Shown piece after piece: positions 37,973 to 46,135 of a stretch of 46,135 bases of DNA. The stretch is taken from contig JAPLWT010000031.1 of NCBI GenBank assembly GCA_026396455.1, forward strand, positions 1 through 46,135, in the 5' to 3' direction. The notes below the pieces were generated by a model, which did not search any database, was not told the origin of the DNA, and saw only the letters and a list, made by a program, of their open reading frames with translations. The DNA comes from Candidatus Micrarchaeota archaeon. Lineage in GTDB: Archaea > Micrarchaeota > Micrarchaeia > Burarchaeales > Fermentimicrarchaeaceae. Both the position numbers and the translations under genes were made by a program. Position 1 is the first letter of the stretch. Each line of letters begins with the position of its first letter.

Positions 37973-38437
37973 ATGAAATACCTGCGGCTCACTGCTTCCG
38001 AAATCGAGGAGATGTGCGACAAGCTTGCCCGCATCATAAAGAGCGGATTCAAGCCGGATTGCATAGTCGGCATAGGAAGAGGAGGGCTGGTGCCGGCTGT
38101 TTACCTCAGCGACAGGCTAGGAGTAAAAAAGCTTTACGCATTCAAGATAGATTACTACACGGGTGATAAGCGGGGAAGAAAGCCGGTGGTAAGCCAAAAA
38201 CCGCCCCTTCAACTTATTCGCGGCAATGTACTTCTTGTTGACGATGTGGCGGATACAGGTGAGACTCTCATGCTGGCAAAAAAATTGTTGGAGAAACACG
38301 CCAAAAGCATCAGGATAGCAACGCTGCACTACAAGCCGCATTCAAAGCTGAAGCCTGATTTTTTCGTGCAGGAGACCAGAAGATGGATAGTGTACCCGTA
38401 TCAAAGCGTCGAGTTCAGAAAACTGGCAAGGGGATAA
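37973..38437 (+). CDS. Purine phosphoribosyltransferase-family protein
   Basis: GIGRGGLVPA, VLLVDDVADTGETL, WIVYPY; the longer ORF start lies inside tRNA-Gln. Confidence 0.92.
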   Translation: MKYLRLTASEIEEMCDKLARIIKSGFKPDCIVGIGRGGLVPAVYLSDRLGVKKLYAFKIDYYTGDKRGRKPVVSQKPPLQLIRGNVLLVDDVADTGETLMLAKKLLEKHAKSIRIATLHYKPHSKLKPDFFVQETRRWIVYPYQSVEFRKLARG

Positions 38438-38475
38438 CCCCGCAAACAGATACTTAAACTGATGGCTTCATAATA

Positions 38476-38543
38476 AGTCCAGTGATGATACGAGGTATTG
38501 CTGATAGCCAAAAGCTAGATGACGATAAGAGGGTAAGCTGACT
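38476..38543 (+). ncRNA. Box C/D sRNA with two guides to 23S rRNA
   Basis: C box GTGATGA (38482), D' CTGA (38501), C'-like AGATGAC, D CTGA (38538); guides CGAGGTATT and TAAGAGGGT match 25801-25809 and 25783-25791. Confidence 0.9.
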
Positions 38544-38586
38544 CCGTAAAGAAACGTTAATAAATAGTTGCAGTTTAAACCTATCT

Positions 38587-39840
38587 ATGAAACTCAGAAT
38601 TGTAACTTTCATGCTGGCAGCTCTGCTCATCTTCGGCTGCGTTTCTTACACTCCACCGGCAGAGCAGCCAACGAACCAGACCAATGTAACACCAGTCACC
38701 GTGTTTTCATGCGCTGATATAAAGGATGCCGCAGATGGGGATAAGTGCTACTTCAATGACGCAATAACAAAGAACAACCTGACTTCCTGCTCCTTCATAT
38801 TCTCGACTCAGGTTAGGGACAACTGCAATCTCATATTCGCTATCAACCTGAATGATTCCTCATTATGCGGGAGAATAAATGTAGATAGCACTAGGGACGA
38901 CTGCTACCACACGCTAGCTCCCCGGGTCGGAATAGCGACATGCAACAAAATTGAGAGTGACTCCTTGAGGAGGCAGTGCCGCCTAGAGCTTGGCGATGAC
39001 ACAGTATACTGCGAGAACATGACAGCAGGCTATGATTCCAAGCTGTGCATGGCGAAGGCGAGGGGCAACTACTCCATCTGCCTTGAGCTGAATAATATAT
39101 CGCTTATAGACAACTGCTATATTGATTTCGCGAAGAACAATGGCAGCTATCAACTCTGCAACCTGCCATCCGACTCTAATCTGAGAGACGACTGCTTCAA
39201 ATACTTCGCCTTCCTTGAATCCAACTCGTCTCTCTGCGAAAAGATTTCGGTAGTTTATCAGAAGTATCTTTGCCTGACAAAGATAACCAACAACTATACT
39301 CTCTGCAACGAGCTTACGGATTACCTGCAAAGGGACTCCTGCCTTGAACTATTTGCAAGTGAGCACATGAACTACTCACTATGCTCGAACATAAGCACGC
39401 ACCTCTACCAAGATCGCTGCTATACCGATGTAGCATTCAAGAGCGGAAATGCGAATATATGCTCCTACATAACCTGCTATGAATGCATAACCGACAAGGA
39501 TAACTGCTACTACCAGGTTGCCAATGTAACTGCTGATGTTTCAATCTGCAGCAGGATAGCCGAACAATACAAGCGAGATAACTGCGTACTTGATGTCGCG
39601 AAATCCGCCCACAATCCAGCCGCATGCTCGAACATAGAAAACGCCTACAGGAAGTCTACGTGCTTCACCATAGTGATGTACAACCAGCCCTACGCGACAT
39701 CCGCATGCGATGGCATAACGCAGCAGACCTGGAAGGATGAGTGCTACAAGAATGCTGCAATAACAAACAAGAACTCCACTATATGCAACGGCGTAAGCGA
39801 CCCATTCTTAAAGAAGGATTGTATCAGAGACTCAGTCTGA
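38587..39840 (+). CDS. Cys-repeat surface lipoprotein, paralogue of 26925-27779
   Basis: Lipobox IFGC, PT-rich linker, many C..I......D.CY...A repeats, sequons. Confidence 0.85.
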   Translation: MKLRIVTFMLAALLIFGCVSYTPPAEQPTNQTNVTPVTVFSCADIKDAADGDKCYFNDAITKNNLTSCSFIFSTQVRDNCNLIFAINLNDSSLCGRINVDSTRDDCYHTLAPRVGIATCNKIESDSLRRQCRLELGDDTVYCENMTAGYDSKLCMAKARGNYSICLELNNISLIDNCYIDFAKNNGSYQLCNLPSDSNLRDDCFKYFAFLESNSSLCEKISVVYQKYLCLTKITNNYTLCNELTDYLQRDSCLELFASEHMNYSLCSNISTHLYQDRCYTDVAFKSGNANICSYITCYECITDKDNCYYQVANVTADVSICSRIAEQYKRDNCVLDVAKSAHNPAACSNIENAYRKSTCFTIVMYNQPYATSACDGITQQTWKDECYKNAAITNKNSTICNGVSDPFLKKDCIRDSV

Positions 39841-40458
39841 GGGCTGCTGCTCTTCCCCCTCTTCTTTAAGTACTTCGAAGTCCTCAGGCTTCAGCTTGAA
39901 CTCCTCTCCCTCAGCAATTTCTCCCTTCGCCCTCTTGACTTCCCTTGCGAGAAGGTAGAAAATTAGTGCAAGCGACTTCCTTCCCTTATTGTTGCACGGA
40001 ATAATCCAATCCACAAACTTCGTAGAGTTGTCCGTATCACAAAGGGCAATTATCGGTATGCCCATGCGGTTTGCCTCCTTTATGGCCTGCCTCTCGTTCT
40101 TCGGGTCTGAGATGAAAAGAAGCTTTGGCTCTGAGAAATCCTCCCTTGCCGGATTAGTGAGTATGCCGGGAATGAATCTCCCATTAACAACCTTGCATCC
40201 GACAAGCTCGCAGAACTTTTTCGCAGAGCTGCTCGCATACAATCTCGATGCAACTATCAGAACTTCCTCTGGCTTGCAGCGGGAGATGAACCTAGCGGCA
40301 ACCCTTATCCTCTCATCAACCTTCTTCAGGTCCAGAACGTAGAGCCTGTCCTGCCTTGCCTTGTATATAAACTGGTTCATATCTGGCGTCTTTATCTTCG
40401 TACCGATATGTATACCAGCTTCAAGGTACTTTTCTTGCTGAATCAAAAATTCACTCAT
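39832..40458 (-). CDS. rps2: Ribosomal protein uS2
   Basis: [29 protein letters not shown]. Confidence 0.98.
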   Translation of the reverse strand: MSEFLIQQEKYLEAGIHIGTKIKTPDMNQFIYKARQDRLYVLDLKKVDERIRVAARFISRCKPEEVLIVASRLYASSSAKKFCELVGCKVVNGRFIPGILTNPAREDFSEPKLLFISDPKNERQAIKEANRMGIPIIALCDTDNSTKFVDWIIPCNNKGRKSLALIFYLLAREVKRAKGEIAEGEEFKLKPEDFEVLKEEGEEQQPSD

Positions 40459-40477
40459 ATAATCCCCCTTAACAAAA

Positions 40478-40604
40478 TGGGGCCGCCGAGATTTGAATTC
40501 CCATTCAACCTGATGTTACTCAGGAAGATTCTCGGGTCGCCGGCACCCCATTCCGGCAGAAATATTTCTGAAGCCGGAAGCATGCCAGGCTAGCACACGG
40601 CCCC
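40478..40604 (-). tRNA. tRNA-Pro(GGG) with two introns: 32/33 (40551-40571, 21 nt) and 53/54 (40498-40530, 33 nt)
   Basis: Removing both gives CCGGC-TTGGGGT-GCCGG and CCGAG-TTCAAAT-CTCGG; GGGGCCG/CGGCCCC acceptor stem; typical position between rpoN and rps2. Confidence 0.88.
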
Positions 40605-40611
40605 TGCAAAT

Positions 40612-40809
40612 CTAATGCCTACCGTACTTTATTACCTCATCTATTGAGTTCACATGACTCAAAAACATCCTCCTGCAGCAGTATCTCTTCAAACCAAGCT
40701 TGTCCAGAACCTTGTCGGGGCTCTCCCCTTCCTTCACTCTCTTCACATACTCCTCGTATTGGTGGGCTATAACGGCCCCGCATGTAAAGCACCTTACCGG
40801 AATCATCAT
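40612..40809 (-). CDS. rpoN: RNA polymerase subunit N (Rpo10)
   Basis: [10 protein letters not shown]...RYCCRRM. Confidence 0.98.
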   Translation of the reverse strand: MMIPVRCFTCGAVIAHQYEEYVKRVKEGESPDKVLDKLGLKRYCCRRMFLSHVNSIDEVIKYGRH

Positions 40810-40813
40810 AGTA

Positions 40814-41284
40814 TCACCTATAAGACTTCTGGAACCTTGCCCTCGCCTTAGGTCCTTTATACTTCTTCGGCTCAACCCTTCTTGAATCCTCCCCCAGCAT
40901 GAACTTGTCCCTCTCCTTCATGCTCTTCTTCAGCTCCTCGTCGCCAGTGAATTCAACTATCCCCCTGGCAACTGCCGTCCTTATTGCCTCTGCTTGGCCC
41001 ATAACGCCCCCGCCCTTTGCGATTACCTTCATGTCAAGGTTTTTCGCCTTGTCTCCGGCCATTATGAGAGGTTCCATGATTATATCCTTGATATAACTGG
41101 ACGGAATTCCATCAAGCGACATCCCGTTTATCCTCACAATTCCCTTTCCCTCGTTCACATAAGCCCTCGCCACGCTCTCCTTCCTCTTTCCTCTCGTAAC
41201 TATAATCTTCGGCTTTTTCTCAGCCGTCTTTTTCGGCTTTACCTTCGCCACAATCTTCTTCTTAACGCTCTTAGCTTTCACCAT
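40814..41284 (-). CDS. rps9: Ribosomal protein uS9
   Basis: [30 protein letters not shown]. Confidence 0.98.
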   Translation of the reverse strand: MVKAKSVKKKIVAKVKPKKTAEKKPKIIVTRGKRKESVARAYVNEGKGIVRINGMSLDGIPSSYIKDIIMEPLIMAGDKAKNLDMKVIAKGGGVMGQAEAIRTAVARGIVEFTGDEELKKSMKERDKFMLGEDSRRVEPKKYKGPKARARFQKSYR

Positions 41285-41725
41285 CTAAACACCTTTGTTA
41301 TAACCCAACCTCTCGCAAACCTTTCCTATGTAAACATACCTACTTTTCACATTTGTGCAGCTGATATCCAACATGTCCTCCTTCACAGCATTCTTGAACT
41401 GCGCAGGCTCGCCCATATACGCCTTCAGCAGCTTGTAGGCCTTCCTTCCCGTTGCCCTCTTGTAGGGCAGCATTCCCCTTATGCATCTCTTCACAAAAAG
41501 ATCAGGCCTTCTGGACCAGTGCATGGAGTGCTCCGGGTTTGCCTTGTCCTTCCTCTGCCTCCTGTTCCAGTACCTCTTCACAATCATATCAGTGCTTCCA
41601 ACTATCACTATATTCTCAGAGTTAATCACCACGACCTGTTCTCCGTTCAGCAGATACTTGGAGATCCTTGTTCCAAGCCTTCCAAGCACGAGGTTAGTTC
41701 CATCTATGATCTTCATTTTGCTCAC
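41285..41725 (-). CDS. rpl13: Ribosomal protein uL13
   Basis: IIDGTNLVLGRL, IRGMLPYK..TG; start may be the second Met. Confidence 0.97.
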   Translation of the reverse strand: MSKMKIIDGTNLVLGRLGTRISKYLLNGEQVVVINSENIVIVGSTDMIVKRYWNRRQRKDKANPEHSMHWSRRPDLFVKRCIRGMLPYKRATGRKAYKLLKAYMGEPAQFKNAVKEDMLDISCTNVKSRYVYIGKVCERLGYNKGV

Positions 41726-42084
41726 TCCATCAAAATAATTCCCTTTCCTGCAGGGTTTTTCTCAACAATCCTCTCAAGTGGCAGGCAGTTGCCGCCAGCC
41801 TTTCTTATCTTCTCTGCCGCGCTTGCTGAAAAACTGAATGCGGCTATAGTGACCTTGTGCCCAAGCGAGCCATTTGCAAGAACCTTGCCCGGTACCACTA
41901 CAGTGCTGCCCTCCTTGCTGTGCTTGTCTACCGTATAAAGGTTCACCTCAGTTTTTCCTCTAGCAGGCGCCGAGAGCCTCTCAGCAACCTTTTTCCATAT
42001 GCTGGACTTGTTCTCCACCGCTTTCTTCCTCAGCAGATTCACAAGTTCAAGCGTCCTTTTGCTTTCCGGGCCTCTTTTCATCAA
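41722..42084 (-). CDS. rpl18e: Ribosomal protein eL18
   Basis: IWKKVAERL, EVNL, VVVPGKVL, AFSFS..A.EKI..AGG. Confidence 0.96.
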   Translation of the reverse strand: MMKRGPESKRTLELVNLLRKKAVENKSSIWKKVAERLSAPARGKTEVNLYTVDKHSKEGSTVVVPGKVLANGSLGHKVTIAAFSFSASAAEKIRKAGGNCLPLERIVEKNPAGKGIILME

Positions 42085-42096
42085 ATCACCAAAAAA

Positions 42097-42219
42097 TGCG
42101 GGGGATGGGATTTTTGGGCAACCTTTCGGTTTGAACCCACGCAGCCACTAAAGGCACAGGAGTTCTGAAGTTTTTTCTTCCTCAGTCCTGCGCATTTGAC
42201 CTGGCTCTGCCACCCCCGC
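42097..42219 (-). tRNA. tRNA-Leu(GAG) with two introns: 37/38 (42163-42179, 17 nt) and 56/57 (42114-42132, 19 nt)
   Basis: GCGGGGG/CCCCCGC acceptor stem, long variable arm; BHB helices CTGA/TCAG and GGGT/GCCC; splicing restores the CTGAGGC loop and TTCAAAT. Confidence 0.9.
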
Positions 42220-42220
42220 A

Positions 42221-42808
42221 TTACACCTCTTTCAGCTGGGAGTTCAACTCCCCGCATTTTCCCTCCAGTATTTCAACTGCTTTCAGCAGCATTGTTTTTG
42301 GGCTCACCTGCCCAAATGATTCAACCTTGAACCTGAAATCCTTCTTGTCATTCGTGTCATAACCGTAGGATATCACGCCTGCCTGGAATTTCGCGTGCTC
42401 CCTCCCATCCCCTATTCTTGCCTTTGCCTCCAGCCTTATCCTCCTGTCCTCTCCAAGCTTTATTATCGGTATGTCATCGTGCACGCACTTCACTTTTGCG
42501 CTTGAGCTCTTCAGCTCTTTCGAATACACAGTGCGCGGTCCCTCTGCCTCAAGGGAGAACAGCACCTCCTCTCCCTCCCTGTGGGAGCCCTCGCTGGTGA
42601 GGGGAATCAGCCCAAGCCTGTTTGCTATATACTCATCAAAAATTGATGAGCTATTCTCGTAGAATGTCACAGAGTCTATTGCGAATACAGGCACCTGCGA
42701 CATGCCAATCCTTCTTATAGCATTTGCGAATGCTACCGTAGCATCCTTGAGCACGAATTCCATCTCCTTCCCCTTCGAGTGCAAAACTTCAATTTTCAAG
42801 ACAACCAC
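42221..42808 (-). CDS. rpoD: RNA polymerase subunit D (Rpo3), short form without the Fe-S insertion
   Basis: FANAIRR, ENSSSIFDEYIANRLGLIPL, GREHAKFQ. Confidence 0.96.
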   Translation of the reverse strand: MVVLKIEVLHSKGKEMEFVLKDATVAFANAIRRIGMSQVPVFAIDSVTFYENSSSIFDEYIANRLGLIPLTSEGSHREGEEVLFSLEAEGPRTVYSKELKSSSAKVKCVHDDIPIIKLGEDRRIRLEAKARIGDGREHAKFQAGVISYGYDTNDKKDFRFKVESFGQVSPKTMLLKAVEILEGKCGELNSQLKEV

Positions 42809-42816
42809 CCTCAGGT

Positions 42817-43278
42817 TTATACTCTCCTTCCCCTCCTGCCTCCAGGCCTCTTCGTGGTGTCTGTAGGTGTCGGGGTGACATCCTCTATCTTTCCTATCCT
42901 CAATCCTGACCTTGCAAGCGCCCTCACAACTGCCTGTGCGCCTGGACCGGGAGTCTTGCTTCCATGCCCGCCAGGAGCCCTTATCTTTATATGAACTGCC
43001 GTTACGCCCCTCTCTTTTGCCTTGCTAGCAGCCTTGAAAGCCGCCTGCATTGCCGCATAGGGGGAGCCCTCCTCTCGGTCTGCTTTCACTATCATTCCTC
43101 CGCTTCCAACTGCTATGGTTTCTGCACCGCTTATATCGGTTATCGTTATTATCGTGTCATTCTTGGATGAGTATATGTTCGCCACTCCCCATCTCTCCTC
43201 TCTCTTCCTTCTCGCTATCCTCTCGGTCTCTTCGGTTGCAACTTCTTCACTCTTCTTTTCCACTTGCTCCTTCTCCAC
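42817..43278 (-). CDS. rps11: Ribosomal protein uS11 (start uncertain: GTG 43278 or 43263)
   Basis: [36 protein letters not shown]. Confidence 0.95.
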   Translation of the reverse strand: MEKEQVEKKSEEVATEETERIARRKREERWGVANIYSSKNDTIITITDISGAETIAVGSGGMIVKADREEGSPYAAMQAAFKAASKAKERGVTAVHIKIRAPGGHGSKTPGPGAQAVVRALARSGLRIGKIEDVTPTPTDTTKRPGGRRGRRV

Positions 43279-43807
43279 CAACTTTCTCACCCTCCGTGCT
43301 TTCCTTTGTCCTGCTACTAGCAATCATGATGAACTCAGTACTTTTGTAATAGCTTACCTTGTCCTCCTCATCAATGGGCACAAGATAGCTCGGCGAGGAA
43401 ACCCTTCTGCCGTCTATTGCGATGTATCCATGCGCTATGAGTTGCCTGCTCTGCTTCATAGATTTGGCAAGCCCTTTTTTCACAACCCTTGTCTCAAGCC
43501 TCCTCTCAAGCACGTCGTTTATTGTGAGGGACAGAAGGTCCTCCAAAGATGTGTCGGGCTTTGCTATCCCAAGCCTTACCACTTTTGCAAGCAGGGGCTT
43601 TCCCAGCTCCTTTCCTCTTTCTCCAAGTGACAGGAGCCTCCTTGCCTCCCTTCTTATCATCTTAAGTTCCATCTGCATGACTCTGAGCTCCCTCATGCTT
43701 TTCAAGCCGAATTCCTTCACGAGCTTCTGCTCCTCCTCTATCCTAGCGCTACTCCAAATCTTCCTTGGTGACTCGTACTTCCTCTTAAGCTTTTTAGGAT
43801 CTCCCAT
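43247..43807 (-). CDS. rps4: Ribosomal protein uS4
   Basis: [28 protein letters not shown]. Confidence 0.97.
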   Translation of the reverse strand: MGDPKKLKRKYESPRKIWSSARIEEEQKLVKEFGLKSMRELRVMQMELKMIRREARRLLSLGERGKELGKPLLAKVVRLGIAKPDTSLEDLLSLTINDVLERRLETRVVKKGLAKSMKQSRQLIAHGYIAIDGRRVSSPSYLVPIDEEDKVSYYKSTEFIMIASSRTKESTEGEKVGGEGASGKEE

Positions 43808-43813
43808 AACTCA

Positions 43814-44434
43814 TCACTCCTTCTTCTCAACCTTCTCCTCAACCTTCGCAGCAGGCTTCTCCGCTGCCTTCTCAGCAGTAGCTGTTCCTGCCTCTGCAGC
43901 TTTTGCCGCTGCTACCTTCGCAAGCATGGTCTTTCTAAGCACTCCTACAGTCATGCCCGTTCTCCCAGTTGTCCTTGTTCTTTGCCCCCTAACTTTCTGC
44001 CCATAGGCATGCCTGTACCCCTTCCAGGTGTTCAAATCCTTTATGTTTGTTATATCCTGCTTCGTCCTGAACGTCAGGTCAGTCCCTATAATATGAGAGC
44101 TCTGGTTTGTCTCAGGATCCTTCTGCCTGTTCAGCATCCTCTCAGGAATCCCATACTTGTTGGGGTTGCTTATTACCTCCATAAGCATGTCAACCTGCTC
44201 ATCGCTCAGCTCTCCAATCATCGTGTTCTTTGAGATGTTGAACTTATTGGATATTATTTTTGTCAAAGCGCTGCTGAGGGTAACCCCTATTCCCTTGACT
44301 CTTATGAGCGCCATGCGCAGCTTGGTCTCTCCTTTTATATCCCTCCCAGCAATTCTGACGATTCCCTTTATCTCCTTCTTTGTGCTAGGAGCTTCCGATT
44401 TACTCTCGACTACTTTTTCCGTTTTCTTTGCCAT
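43814..44434 (-). CDS. rps13: Ribosomal protein uS13
   Basis: IVRIAG.DI.G, LNRQKD, KVRGQRTRTTGR; start MAKKTE, because the longer ORF runs through tRNA-Ser. Confidence 0.97.
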   Translation of the reverse strand: MAKKTEKVVESKSEAPSTKKEIKGIVRIAGRDIKGETKLRMALIRVKGIGVTLSSALTKIISNKFNISKNTMIGELSDEQVDMLMEVISNPNKYGIPERMLNRQKDPETNQSSHIIGTDLTFRTKQDITNIKDLNTWKGYRHAYGQKVRGQRTRTTGRTGMTVGVLRKTMLAKVAAAKAAEAGTATAEKAAEKPAAKVEEKVEKKE

Positions 44435-44453
44435 ACCATCACTCTTTGATAAA

Positions 44454-44553
44454 CGCCGGGGATGGGATTTGAACCCATAAGGCCCGTGAAGGCCATACGC
44501 TTCCGGGATACTATTTCCAGGCGTACACGTTGACCGGATTCCGTCACCCCGGC
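44454..44553 (-). tRNA. tRNA-Ser(GGA) with a 13-nt intron at 37/38 (44502-44514)
   Basis: GCCGGGG/CCCCGGC acceptor stem, G73, long variable arm, TACGC-CTGGAA|...|A-GCGTA. Confidence 0.92.
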
Positions 44554-44559
44554 ATCCCA

Positions 44560-45513
44560 TCACCAGCATTTTGGATATGTACCTTTTCTCATCATTACCC
44601 TTATCGTTCTTGCAACAACACCTTTTTCCATGTTAATGATCTCACGGGAGTTCGCGTCGGCAACTGATATTGCCACGACTTCATCCTTGAGACTCATGAG
44701 CGCAATGTTATCCCTTGCAGCTATCCCCTCCTCAACCTTTGCAATTCCGGGAGCTGCCAGGGCTGCACCTGAACATATCGATTCAACAGTAGAATCGCGC
44801 AGCCAAATCCTGTGCATACCAAGCGCATTCTCGATGGGGAGTATGACCCTCCTCATCTCCTTCTCCTCGCCTTTCTCAGTCCACAGCCAGTACGCATCCT
44901 TTATGTCCTGAAGCTTCGATGCGTGGTTTTCATCAAGGTTCCCTACCCTAGTCCTCCTCAGTTCGAGCATATTAGCTCCGCATTTTAGTTCCTCTCCCAT
45001 ATCAAAGCAGAGCTTCCTTATATAGGTTCCCGCTTCGCATCCGACCCTAAAGAGGACTTCTCTTCCATTAAATTCTAGCGGTTCAAGGTAATAAACCTTT
45101 CTCTTCCTGAGCACCCTTCTCACGGCGGATTTCACCGGAGGCATCTGCTCAATCTCCCCGCTGAATTTATGGAATACCTTCTCAACCTCATCTTTTCCAA
45201 CATTACGGTGGAACTTTATTATCCCCACATACTCCTTTGAGCTCTTGAGCATGAAGCCCATAGCCTTGGTCGCCCCATTCAGACCAACTGGGAGCAATCC
45301 GCTCACATTCGGGTCCAGTGTTCCCGAGTGTCCCGCCTTCCTTGTCACGAGCATCTTCTTCACCCACGAGGTAACCTCATGGCTCGAAGGGCCCTGCGGC
45401 TTGTCAACAAGCGCAAATCCGGACTCCAAGAGCTCCTCTATGCTACGCTGCTCGGGGCGTTTTCCATACTGCCCATCAGTCTCGCACTCATATTTCGTCA
45501 GTATCTCGGACAC
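44560..45513 (-). CDS. cbf5: H/ACA pseudouridine synthase Cbf5 (TruB family) with PUA domain
   Basis: DKPQGPSSHEV, GHSGTLDP, CEAGTYIRKLC, ELRRTR, YPKCW. Confidence 0.97.
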   Translation of the reverse strand: MSEILTKYECETDGQYGKRPEQRSIEELLESGFALVDKPQGPSSHEVTSWVKKMLVTRKAGHSGTLDPNVSGLLPVGLNGATKAMGFMLKSSKEYVGIIKFHRNVGKDEVEKVFHKFSGEIEQMPPVKSAVRRVLRKRKVYYLEPLEFNGREVLFRVGCEAGTYIRKLCFDMGEELKCGANMLELRRTRVGNLDENHASKLQDIKDAYWLWTEKGEEKEMRRVILPIENALGMHRIWLRDSTVESICSGAALAAPGIAKVEEGIAARDNIALMSLKDEVVAISVADANSREIINMEKGVVARTIRVMMRKGTYPKCW

Positions 45514-45517
45514 AACA

Positions 45518-45739
45518 TCAGGCTCCTAGGAGTTTTCTAATCTCCTCATCGCTTCCCTTCAGCTCTATGTTCTCTCCGATGGGTTCAAGATGGTGCATGT
45601 TGCATCTCCTTCTCTTCTTCCTGGAGGTGCATAGAATCTCAACGTAGTTGGCATCAACAAGGCCCATCACAACACATTTCTTGCCCCCATCCCTGCCTCT
45701 ATTCTTAATGCAAATACTGCCAACAGTAATCATCGCCAT
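45518..45739 (-). CDS. rpl14e: Ribosomal protein eL14
   Basis: VG.ICIK..GRDGGKKCVV, KRRRCN..HLEP. Confidence 0.95.
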   Translation of the reverse strand: MAMITVGSICIKNRGRDGGKKCVVMGLVDANYVEILCTSRKKRRRCNMHHLEPIGENIELKGSDEEIRKLLGA

Positions 45740-45743
45740 AAGC

Positions 45744-46133
45744 TCACCTCTTCCCCGCCGCCCTCTCAGCTTCGGCAGCCTTTATTATTATCCCAGCTAT
45801 CTGCTGGGGATTGAAAACATCAGAGTTTATCTCCAAATCAAATATGCCGTGGTCCATGATGTCAATCCCATAGTATCTCTTATACCTCCTCCTGTTGTTC
45901 TCATCCCTCTTCCTTATGTGCCCGAGAGCCTTTCTGAATGTCATCTTATCCCTCTTGGCAACTCTCTTCGCCCTCTCCTTCTCGCTTACATTGAGCCACA
46001 CGCGGAGGTTCGCATTCTTCACTACCCAGGGGCCCAGCCAGGTCATGACCACGCAGTTCCCCTTCTTCGCCCTCCTCACTATCTCCTTATCCAGCTCCCT
46101 ATCGTAGCTCTCATCCTTCGTAGCCTCCCTCTG
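45744..46133 (-). CDS. cmk: Cytidylate kinase, 5'-truncated by the window
   Basis: Frame open to the window edge (QREATKDESYDRELD...); RAKRVAKRD, RRYKRYYGID...FDLEINS; typical cmk-rpl14e-cbf5 order. Confidence 0.9.
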   Translation of the reverse strand, partial: QREATKDESYDRELDKEIVRRAKKGNCVVMTWLGPWVVKNANLRVWLNVSEKERAKRVAKRDKMTFRKALGHIRKRDENNRRRYKRYYGIDIMDHGIFDLEINSDVFNPQQIAGIIIKAAEAERAAGKR

Positions 46134-46135
46134 CA

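Noticed and set aside
44435..44569. N-terminal extension of the rps13 ORF; similar extensions at 37868-37972, 20272-20364 and 10903-10959
   Set aside because: These frames run through tRNA genes or promoters; downstream starts are more plausible

Overview
Archaeal chromosomal window, most likely DPANN (Micrarchaeota-like; inferred from the divergent archaeal 16S, GatDE, many non-canonical tRNA introns and Cys-repeat lipoproteins). Most of it is housekeeping: nurA/herA/rad50, galT, minD, EF-1beta, gatDE, elp3, thpR, trmI, purA, proS, a 16S-tRNA-Ala-23S operon and the cmk-rpl14e-cbf5-rps13-rps4-rps11-rpoD-rpl18e-rpl13-rps9-rpoN-rps2 cluster. The most unusual content is at the RNA level. (1) A 529-nt bulge-helix-bulge (BHB) intron in the 16S gene carries a LAGLIDADG-type ORF. 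The ORF has no stop codon inside the linear intron and gains a tandem TGA-TAA stop just before its own start only after intron circularisation. Both catalytic acidic residues are replaced. (2) Six of the eight tRNAs carry eight introns, five at non-canonical positions. (3) The tRNA-Trp intron is itself a C/D guide RNA. (4) A free-standing C/D sRNA has two guides matching the 23S rRNA in this window. Accessory DNA follows tRNA-Trp: a single-gene islet bounded by a copy of the tRNA 3' end, an XRE cassette with three phased operators, and a clostripain surface module. No CRISPR array, transposase or integrase was seen. All calls are by eye, without database searches.
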